26,553 nucleotides of DNA from a virus (taxonomy: Duplodnaviria; Caudoviricetes), in the IMG/VR virus record IMGVR_UViG_3300032093_000719, positions 1 through 26,553 of that record; one strand, 5' to 3'. Position 1 is the stretch's first letter. Each line of letters starts with the position of its first letter. Below are positions 14,557 through 22,053 of this stretch, in pieces. Position numbers and translations under genes: made by a program. Below the pieces are notes generated by a model that saw only the letters and a program-made list of their open reading frames with translations, made no database searches and had not been told where the DNA came from.

Positions 14557-15129
14557 TTAGAGATTCATAAAGTGTGATTGGATAGCGGCGACGCGCTGAT
14601 CCGTGGAGAGGTTCGTGAGGTTGAGCGCTTGACGTTCGCGGCGGGCCGGAGCCTTCGGGAGGGAAGGGGTAGCTGCCTTCGCGAGCTTCTGGATTTCGGC
14701 TTCTTTCTTTCCGAGTTCTTTCTTGAACTGCTTCGAAAGGGTCGTAGAGGCGGCCTCTACGGCATCCTGAATCATCTGAGCCACTTCCTCGCGAGTCAGA
14801 GCGTCTTCGCTCATCTTCTCCTCGTCCTTCTTGGCTTCTTCTGCGGGTGCTGCCGGAGCTTCTTCGGGCATCTCCCACGTGTTCACCTTCCCGTCTACGA
14901 CGGTAAACTCGATGCCGTCCTCGAGCGTGTACTCGCCGTCCGGGAGAGGAATTTGCTCGCCTTCGTCATTGACGACGAAAACGTCTACACCTACCGCCCA
15001 CTCTTCAGCGGCGGTTTGGATTTCTTGGCCACCCTGAAGTACAGCCGTAGCCAAAGAGACGGGAGCCTCTTCAGCCAGCATAGCCGAGTACTTGTTAAAC
15101 AGGGCCGCCACTCGTTCTTGAATATTCAT
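14557..15129 (-). CDS. Capsid scaffolding protein
   Basis: Acidic; PLPDGEYTLEDG..VVDGKV motif, coiled coil, and C-terminal STDQRVAAI; lies between protease and capsid. Confidence 0.7.
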   Translation of the reverse strand: MNIQERVAALFNKYSAMLAEEAPVSLATAVLQGGQEIQTAAEEWAVGVDVFVVNDEGEQIPLPDGEYTLEDGIEFTVVDGKVNTWEMPEEAPAAPAEEAKKDEEKMSEDALTREEVAQMIQDAVEAASTTLSKQFKKELGKKEAEIQKLAKAATPSLPKAPARRERQALNLTNLSTDQRVAAIQSHFMNL

Positions 15130-15148
15130 GAGAGATGGGTTTAAGCAA

Positions 15149-15754
15149 TTAACCTTTTAAGCTTTTGATTTTTGACACGGCTTCAGAAATAATGGCCTCC
15201 AGCTCGTCTACAAAGGTCTCCGCAGAGAGCTCGGGGATAGCCGAGAGGTCCACCTTGCGCGTGAAGAATCCTTCGATACTGAAGCCCTTTACCTTTCCTT
15301 CTTTGACCCACTCGTTCCAGATTGCTTCCGAATCGACCTTCATCGAAACCATCCACGTACCTACAGGAACGTTCAGCCCGTACATCCGCGACTTGTCTTG
15401 CTCCCCTTCCACGATCCACGACTCGATTACGGTAGTTCCATTTACGGGAACCTCGTGCTCGAGGGTCGCGCGGCTCTGGTTGCCCGCTTTGAAATAGAGC
15501 TCCATCGCTTTTCTTACCGTCTCTTTCGAGAAGTAGATGTGGAACTCCTCGTCTCCCCTTTTCCGGTAAATCGGCTTGTCAGGAATGAGGGCCGGGCCAA
15601 GGAGGATGCGGCGGTCTGCGTCTACCGTCTGGAAGTGATACTGAGCCGAGAGAGCGACCCAGTCCGTTTCAATCGCGGGCTCTTCTACCAGCGAGATTGC
15701 TTGGATGCCGTAGGTATCGGCTTCCTCGTCGATTACAAGTTCAAAGATTTCCAT
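15149..15754 (-). CDS. Prohead protease, XkdF-like serine protease
   Basis: AISLVEEPAIE..GPALIPDKPIYR..LEH..ESW..GTWMVSMKV..KGFSIEG. Confidence 0.88.
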   Translation of the reverse strand: MEIFELVIDEEADTYGIQAISLVEEPAIETDWVALSAQYHFQTVDADRRILLGPALIPDKPIYRKRGDEEFHIYFSKETVRKAMELYFKAGNQSRATLEHEVPVNGTTVIESWIVEGEQDKSRMYGLNVPVGTWMVSMKVDSEAIWNEWVKEGKVKGFSIEGFFTRKVDLSAIPELSAETFVDELEAIISEAVSKIKSLKG

Positions 15755-17295
15755 TAGCCTACGAGGGATGCCTGATCCCGGAGTTTTTGGTTTGCCTGCA
15801 TTGAATTATTCACGTCCGAAGCAAGGACGTACGAACGGAAGCCGGACGTTTGGGAACCTTGCATGAACGAGAGGTCGAGCTGTGGAGGTCCCGCAGTTGA
15901 ACCACCACCACCCCCACCCGGAGGAGGAGGAGGAGGGGGGCCCGGGCTCTCGAACTTGGATTTGGCGATAGCTGCGATTTGAGCTGCACCCGCCGCCGCT
16001 ACGGTAGCCGTCTGGATTATTCGGAGGATTGTCGAGGGCTGCGTCTTATCCGTGAGGGCCGTCGTGATACCCTCCGCCGTGTTTATGATAGCGTTCGCGA
16101 GGGAGATACTTTTCGAGAGCTGGAAGTTCCGCTTCGCGCGTTTCTCGTTGTTTTGGTCTTGGTCGTCTTGGAGTGCGGTTACTAGGTCGATAGCCGCAGA
16201 AGCGAAGTTCACCGCCACCTTTGCCCGGTCCGCTTGAATCTTTGTGTAGTCACGAAGCAGGTTTGCTTCGGATGTCTGGATTCTTTGGCTATTGTCGATA
16301 ATCGTGCGGGTCGTGTCGTTTGATACCTGCTGCAACCCTCGTACCCCTTCCTGAAGAGCTTTGTTCGTGTCGTTCAGCTCCTTTGCTTGCTCTACGGCTG
16401 CATCGTGTAGTGCCTGTTGTCTCTCTAATTCCGCAGCCGAAGCTTCGGCCCTCAACGAGTTGATTTTGTTTTGAAGTTCGGTCTGTATCGTGGTGGATTC
16501 CTGCTGGATGTTGTAGACCTCCGCCTCGAGTTCTGCCATACGCATGAGCTCCTCCTCCGTGGCTTGAGTCATCGCCGCCTTTTGGCGTGCAATACGAAGT
16601 TCTTCCTGTGCGATGGCCTTTCGGTCTGCTACAAGTCCCTTCTCGAGAGCCGCGGCCCGCTCTGCGTCTCTAATCCTTTGTTCTACGGTTCGGTTTACGT
16701 CGTCCGAAGCCATCTTCAGCCGCTCGATCTCTGCCCGTTGTTTGGCGGTCTCCACGATAATCTCGCGCTGTGAAGCTCGCAGCCTTTGAGTAGCCTGCGT
16801 GAGGCCGTCCATGGTTTCCGTTTCGGACGCTATCTCTGCCCCTATACCTTTAAGGGCGGAAGAAGCGGTCTCGTAAGCTGCGGCAAAGTCACCCTGAAAG
16901 AACTGGACAATAGCCCCGCCGATTTTAGCCACCCGGTCCAGAAGGACGTTGAAAGTGGCTGTAAGGATATTCAAGCCGCGCTCGAGGAGTTTGGCTCCGT
17001 CGGCCGTCTGCGTGAAGTAAGCAGCAAGTGAACCTACCGCCACCACAATCGCACCGATACCTGTAGAAATGAGGGCCACCTTCAGAAGCCCCATCCCCTG
17101 AGCCAAAGAGCGGGCCCCAGCTACCGACTTCACAAGCCCGGAAGCGAGTCCTCCGGTAAGCTGGTCTAATCCACCTAGCGCTTTCTCCCCGGCTTCGCCG
17201 AGATCCTCCATAGATTTCTCCGCGTCCTGTAGAGCTTTGTCGAGTTTGGACGTGTCCGCTTTGATATCTACTACTACCTCGTTCTTCTTAGCCAT
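15754..17295 (-). CDS. Tail tape measure protein
   Basis: 513 aa, Ala-rich and helical; hydrophobic LKVALISTGIGAIVVAVGSL; long coiled coil. Confidence 0.8.
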   Translation of the reverse strand: MAKKNEVVVDIKADTSKLDKALQDAEKSMEDLGEAGEKALGGLDQLTGGLASGLVKSVAGARSLAQGMGLLKVALISTGIGAIVVAVGSLAAYFTQTADGAKLLERGLNILTATFNVLLDRVAKIGGAIVQFFQGDFAAAYETASSALKGIGAEIASETETMDGLTQATQRLRASQREIIVETAKQRAEIERLKMASDDVNRTVEQRIRDAERAAALEKGLVADRKAIAQEELRIARQKAAMTQATEEELMRMAELEAEVYNIQQESTTIQTELQNKINSLRAEASAAELERQQALHDAAVEQAKELNDTNKALQEGVRGLQQVSNDTTRTIIDNSQRIQTSEANLLRDYTKIQADRAKVAVNFASAAIDLVTALQDDQDQNNEKRAKRNFQLSKSISLANAIINTAEGITTALTDKTQPSTILRIIQTATVAAAGAAQIAAIAKSKFESPGPPPPPPPGGGGGGSTAGPPQLDLSFMQGSQTSGFRSYVLASDVNNSMQANQKLRDQASLVG

Positions 17296-17479
17296 GGGTC
17301 CAGAGAATGATTTTCACTAGCAGGTAACCGAGTGCGCCGTACCACCCAAAGAAGACCAGAGAAGCCAAAACCGCGTCTAGGATTTTCACCCATCGCGGCT
17401 TCCCCGGCTGCCTCAAAAGGTGGAAAGCATCGATAATGTAACCGAAGTCCTTGCACCCCTTTACTTGGAATTGGTTCAT
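17288..17479 (-). CDS. Small membrane protein (63 aa)
   Basis: Long hydrophobic C-terminal half; overlaps both neighbours by a few nt. Confidence 0.65.
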   Translation of the reverse strand: MNQFQVKGCKDFGYIIDAFHLLRQPGKPRWVKILDAVLASLVFFGWYGALGYLLVKIILWTHG

Positions 17480-19647
17480 GGCTGGTAACAGTAGGCGGTA
17501 GCGTTGTCGTAAACGAATCCGTACCGCTCGCAGCAGGTGCGGTTGACGGTGAAGATTCCCGATCCGGTGGAGGTCGTAAACTCAATCCTTCCCGTTCTTC
17601 CTGTAGCCGGGAGGTAGGTACAGTCCCGCATTGTTCCGAGGACCTTCAGAAGCTTCACCTGCACCGTCCCTTCGCTCGTGGGGTCGTATGCGGAAATTTC
17701 GAGAATCCTCCAGTAGGTGTTGAAGAGGTAGATTTTGTCCGACCACTCGAACGTAGAGATATCGAGCGTAGAGAGACGGAAGTGGGCGGTAAGGAGTCGA
17801 GCGTCGGAGGAATAGAGCTGGTTCGCGTAAAGCTGCCAGTACTTGTTGTAGAGAGTGTCGTAGGGGTTCGCGGTAATCTCAAAGAGCGGAAGCTCAATCC
17901 CGAACATAAGCGAGTCGTCGGCCACGTCTGCGTCCTCTTTGGTATTCGTGGCAAACTGCCCGAAGAAGGGGAAGTTATTCGAGGTCCCCGTTCCTGCGTT
18001 GTCGAGCAAGAAAGGAAGCGTAAGCTGTCCGTTATAAAAGGCTAGGCGCGGCTTCACCTCGTCTATTTCTGGCTTTTCCGGATCGGAAGAAAGAAGCCTG
18101 TGGATGTTGTAGCCAGTTCCCGGGATGTAAGAGGTAAAGAAAGGAGCGAAACCCGACTCTATCTTTTCATCTCCAGTAGCAAAGTCGTTTCCGGGGTCCA
18201 GAATCTCGTGCTGCCCATAAACGCGCTCAGAGGCTTGTATCGCTTGACTTACAAAGTCCTCCCCGGCTGAGTGCGTCCACACATACCGCTTCCGCTGTAG
18301 GTCGGAGGTAGGCGTGATGGAGAGGTCCATGCTCATATCGATTTTGCCGGTCCAGTCCTTCACGTCACCCGTAGCCATGTAGTCGTTAAACGGCTCTATG
18401 TAAATCTTCTTCGGGTTAATCTTGTCCGGGATAAAAACAAGGTTGAAACACTTTTGAAGCCCTGCGATAAAATCGATTTGGCGCATCTTCGGGAAGTTCC
18501 TCGCAGTATCAAGCGTAATCGAAGAAAGGAAGCCGCCGTATCCTACTTTCCATGAGGTACCTCCCAGTCCGAGGATACCGTTCGCCGCTCCTCGAAGGAG
18601 AGTAATATTTCCCGCGCTGGTCTGTACCTGAACCTTCCACGTGCTCGTCGATGCGAGGGTTACCTGCAAAGAAAACCACGTATTGGTAGGCGAGGTTAAC
18701 CCGCTAGCAATCGTGTAGTGTGTAGTCCCGTTCGTGAGCCGGAAGGTAGCCGTAGCTCCTGCTGTGGCGAGGGTGAAGTTAAAATAGAAGTCGAGCTGGT
18801 ATACCCCTTCGAGCGGAACCGTCCACGTAGGGCTCACGAAATCCGCGCCCGTGTCGTAGAAGTTTCCATTCTCCTCATAGCTCACATCGGTAAAGGTGGT
18901 CGGGGCTGTGATAGTGAGATCGGTCGTGCGTCCTACCCAGAATTTGAAGTCGAAGTTTGTCGTGAACTTATTGAATTTCCCGCCGCTGTGGAGCATCATG
19001 TACAGCGTGGTCTCCAAGTTGGAGAAGTGCGTGCTCTCGTACGTAAATCCGGCCGTGGTGAAGATTTTGTCTAGAACGCTTTTTATCCGAATGAACGGCG
19101 TGAGATCTGCAGGGTATAGCTTGTTCGTCGCCGGGGTCGTGGTAGAGGTCCAGTTGCGCCACTTGTCCACCATGCCGTACCGGATTTGACCAGAAAGGAG
19201 CGTTCCGGCCCACGAATTAGTGACCGCGGTATAGGTAAGCGAGTGGTCGAAAGAACTCCAGTCTAAATCCGAAAGAAGATCCTCGCCGATGCTCTTCGCT
19301 AGGTCGGCTTGCTCCCCAAAAAATGCGAGCTCCACATCTACGAACCTGCCTTTCTGGACGAACCACCCTTTCACCTGAATAAAGCCCGTCATAATCGCCA
19401 CCCCTCCCTCCATGAGCCGGGCGGGTATCTTCGCTTTCAAGTCGTAGGAAGGTACCTGTGAGAGGTCGTACGGCCCGAATACGTCCTCGTTCGTCTTCGT
19501 GAGAGGTACGCGGAAGGTCTGCGAGTAGTTCGAGGTAGGAGAATTGACCTTCGTGATATCCGTAAACGAGTAGTTCAGGTTCACAGGCTCGAACTCGTAG
19601 AGCTCGACGGGCTTCCACGTAGTCCGATAGGCGAGAAGGGTTAGCAT
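17476..19647 (-). CDS. Large tail-tip/baseplate hub protein
   Basis: The N-terminus VELYEFEPVNLNYSFTDI..SNYSQTFRVP..N..F is siphovirus tail-tip-like. Start set at MLTLLAY (19647). Confidence 0.65.
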   Translation of the reverse strand: MLTLLAYRTTWKPVELYEFEPVNLNYSFTDITKVNSPTSNYSQTFRVPLTKTNEDVFGPYDLSQVPSYDLKAKIPARLMEGGVAIMTGFIQVKGWFVQKGRFVDVELAFFGEQADLAKSIGEDLLSDLDWSSFDHSLTYTAVTNSWAGTLLSGQIRYGMVDKWRNWTSTTTPATNKLYPADLTPFIRIKSVLDKIFTTAGFTYESTHFSNLETTLYMMLHSGGKFNKFTTNFDFKFWVGRTTDLTITAPTTFTDVSYEENGNFYDTGADFVSPTWTVPLEGVYQLDFYFNFTLATAGATATFRLTNGTTHYTIASGLTSPTNTWFSLQVTLASTSTWKVQVQTSAGNITLLRGAANGILGLGGTSWKVGYGGFLSSITLDTARNFPKMRQIDFIAGLQKCFNLVFIPDKINPKKIYIEPFNDYMATGDVKDWTGKIDMSMDLSITPTSDLQRKRYVWTHSAGEDFVSQAIQASERVYGQHEILDPGNDFATGDEKIESGFAPFFTSYIPGTGYNIHRLLSSDPEKPEIDEVKPRLAFYNGQLTLPFLLDNAGTGTSNNFPFFGQFATNTKEDADVADDSLMFGIELPLFEITANPYDTLYNKYWQLYANQLYSSDARLLTAHFRLSTLDISTFEWSDKIYLFNTYWRILEISAYDPTSEGTVQVKLLKVLGTMRDCTYLPATGRTGRIEFTTSTGSGIFTVNRTCCERYGFVYDNATAYCYQP

Positions 19648-20882
19648 CGGATTGTCTGAGCGAGTTCTACATTCATCGTAAACTGCGTAACCTGCGAGTC
19701 GGGCGTGGTCTTGTACGGCGCAGATCCATCCGTGATGCGAACCGGGCTCCATACCCCGTCAATCTTCGCGTACACTTGGCGAGACCTTAAGAGGTAGGGG
19801 ATGAGGTACGCATCGGCAGGGTCGAATACCCCAGAGAGCGCGTACGCTTGAACCGCGGTCTTCTGGTAGGCTACCGTCTCCGGTGCGTACGAGTTGAACG
19901 TGTAGGTCGTGGCCGCGTAGTCACCGAGGATTGCTCGGTAAGTCTTTTCCTCCGTCCGGATTGTCTTGCGCGTGTAGCCGTCGAACCGGAGGAAGTCCCA
20001 CCCTCCCCGAGAATTTGCAAAGGCTACCTGTGCTCCGCTTCCCCGAGTGCCCGGGCAGCTCGGCAGGATCTGGATTTGGTTCCCTTCCTGAACCCCCGAA
20101 GCGTTCTGTGGCGTGATAATGATTTCCGACCACGCGGTTACGCTGTTTAGAGCGAGCACCTGGGCGGGCATCACAGCCGCGTATACGAGGAACCCGTTCG
20201 TAGGGGTCGAAGCGCTCGGAAGCTGTGCGCCGTTCGTCGTGTTCAAATCCTTCTGGACGGTAAGCGGGGAGGTCCCGGGCCGTACAATCACGTACTGAAG
20301 CCGGGTAACATCCGAGACCGCGTTCGAGTGAATCGAGTCCTTGTTTATCAGGGCCATGAATCCCTCGTCCTCGTCCGCCGCGTACATCGTAATGATGTTT
20401 CCTACCGGAGCGCGATCCGTGAGCCAGTATTTCTTGGTGGATGCGGTCCCGAAGTAGTCCGAGAAGGAAGGATGCAGGCCAGCCGAAACTTGCTCGTACC
20501 CGTCCGTGACGTAGATGTTCTTCGAGGCTTGATTCAGGGCCTCCGTCCCGGTGTATTCTCCGATTTTTACCGTGTACTTGTTCAGCCCGGTATTCGCGCG
20601 GGTGTAGTAGTTCGCGCTGTAGTCATGCAGGAAGGTAGTCGCAGAATACACCGAAGGGTCCACCTTCGTCCGTCCCTCAATAATGCGGGAGAGGTCGAAG
20701 TGGGCGCGGTTATTCGAGTTGGCTTTGAGGTAGTATTTCCCGATCTCAACAGCGTTCTCTTCTACCTGCACGATAAACGCGAACGTGTCGGTAATCGTGA
20801 GAGACGTTTGGAGTGTGTAGATGAGAGGCTGCCCAGCCGGGTAGAACGTCTCCGTAGGGTTCGAGGTAAATGAGGCGGCCAT
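19641..20882 (-). CDS. Tail structural protein (distal-tail-like)
   Basis: 413 aa, beta-rich, C-terminal FANSRGGWDFLRF..LLRSRQVY; upstream of the tail-tip gene. Confidence 0.6.
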   Translation of the reverse strand: MAASFTSNPTETFYPAGQPLIYTLQTSLTITDTFAFIVQVEENAVEIGKYYLKANSNNRAHFDLSRIIEGRTKVDPSVYSATTFLHDYSANYYTRANTGLNKYTVKIGEYTGTEALNQASKNIYVTDGYEQVSAGLHPSFSDYFGTASTKKYWLTDRAPVGNIITMYAADEDEGFMALINKDSIHSNAVSDVTRLQYVIVRPGTSPLTVQKDLNTTNGAQLPSASTPTNGFLVYAAVMPAQVLALNSVTAWSEIIITPQNASGVQEGNQIQILPSCPGTRGSGAQVAFANSRGGWDFLRFDGYTRKTIRTEEKTYRAILGDYAATTYTFNSYAPETVAYQKTAVQAYALSGVFDPADAYLIPYLLRSRQVYAKIDGVWSPVRITDGSAPYKTTPDSQVTQFTMNVELAQTIRC

Positions 20883-20883
20883 C

Positions 20884-21462
20884 TTATTTGGGCTTCACAG
20901 TAAGAGTTACCGGGCTTGCTGTAGCTACGAGTTTCCGAACGAAATCCTCACCTACCGCTTGAGCGAGCTTGTCCCCTTTGCGGCGGATAGCCCAGTCGTA
21001 CCCGTTGATGAAATAACGGAGCGGCGTGATTCCTTTACGCTTGATGCCTCGAGCGATGAGGAACGCAGCCGAGTTCAGTTTCGCCTCCGTAGGCTTGATA
21101 AACGCTCCCGTCTTCGGATCCCTGAGACGAATCGGCTTGACCTTCATCCACGCGCGTACCGCTTCGGTAGGAGGTTGCTTCGTAGTAAAGGAGAAAGGGG
21201 AGCCGTGGCGTACCTGTGTCCCGTTCACTCCCCAGTGGACGAAAGAGGCATAGCTCGAAGCTTTACCTTTCGCGTAGAGCTGAATCTCCGAGACTCCGGT
21301 CTTCCCGAAACGGAACTTAAACGCGAGCGACCGCTGGAGGGTCCTCGTAGCTACCCCGTAGTTCTTGTTCTTCCCGATACGTTTCGTTCCGAGCTCACGC
21401 TTCGACGCGTCAAGCACCTCTTGAGCGAACTCCACCCACAGCTTCGAAGCTTCCTTGCTCAT
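20884..21462 (-). CDS. Probable neck/tail-completion protein (HK97 gp10-like)
   Basis: Basic; TRTLQRSL..YASFVHWGVNG..AFLIARGIKRKGITPLRYF. Confidence 0.65.
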   Translation of the reverse strand: MSKEASKLWVEFAQEVLDASKRELGTKRIGKNKNYGVATRTLQRSLAFKFRFGKTGVSEIQLYAKGKASSYASFVHWGVNGTQVRHGSPFSFTTKQPPTEAVRAWMKVKPIRLRDPKTGAFIKPTEAKLNSAAFLIARGIKRKGITPLRYFINGYDWAIRRKGDKLAQAVGEDFVRKLVATASPVTLTVKPK

Positions 21463-21599
21463 CGTCCTTGACCCTTATAGGTCTTCTTGTACAGTTTAGA
21501 GCCTTTGTGAGTTCCCTGCTTTGTCTTCGCGTGCACACCTGGCCGCGAAATCTTCCGCTCAATCCGAACGGGTGCCGCTTGTGCTTTAGGCTTCGCCAT
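21459..21599 (-). CDS. Small, highly basic protein (46 aa)
   Basis: Hand translation MAKPKAQAAPVRIERKISRPGVHAKTKQGTHKGSKLYKKTYKGQGR; the stop overlaps the next ATG. Confidence 0.75.
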   Translation of the reverse strand: MAKPKAQAAPVRIERKISRPGVHAKTKQGTHKGSKLYKKTYKGQGR

Positions 21600-21711
21600 G
21601 GGGCTCCAAGTTCTCGAGCGCCCGCACCCCGTCCGCTACCTCGTGGTAGGGCTTACTCTTCAGGTAGGCGAGGATGGCCTCCCGAAGTTCTGCTGGTAGG
21701 GTGTAGTTCAT
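21586..21711 (-). CDS. Small hypothetical protein (41 aa)
   Basis: Hand translation MNYTLPAELREAILAYLKSKPYHEVADGVRALENLEPHGEA; ATGA-coupled. Confidence 0.7.
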   Translation of the reverse strand: MNYTLPAELREAILAYLKSKPYHEVADGVRALENLEPHGEA

Positions 21712-22052
21712 GGCCGCTCTCCGGGTTGTCCGGGTTCGTACACATCGGTCGCGCCGGTGAATGGGTTCACGTCTTCGGTTTCGTTAATTACTTGAGCCAT
21801 GATAGGCAGCTTGAGCCGCTCGTATGCTTCCGTAATGTTGTAGCCATCCGCCGTGAACGGCCAGTCGTCGTAACGGAACACCTGCGACTTGTATTCGAGG
21901 GCCTCTACTCCGTTGAGGCGTGCCTGCTGGTTCGGCCAGCCGCCAAGGAACACCTCCCCGATTTGGTTCAGCCAGTCAATGTTCAGCCGCGTGACCTTCC
22001 AGTAGGTGAGGTCCACCCCGTAGGGGGTAGGGATTGTTTTGTTGAGTGCCAT
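21708..22052 (-). CDS. Probable fibre-associated or assembly protein
   Basis: Starts MALNKTIPTPYGV (22052) right after the fibre gene; AYERLK..FTGATDV. Confidence 0.6.
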   Translation of the reverse strand: MALNKTIPTPYGVDLTYWKVTRLNIDWLNQIGEVFLGGWPNQQARLNGVEALEYKSQVFRYDDWPFTADGYNITEAYERLKLPIMAQVINETEDVNPFTGATDVYEPGQPGERP

Positions 22053-22053
22053 A

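Noticed and set aside
9433-15144. Long plus-strand ORFs (e.g. 9433..10215, 10360..11289, 13635..14570, 14578..15144)
   Set aside because: They are antisense shadows of well-supported minus-strand genes, with no motifs or expression signals.
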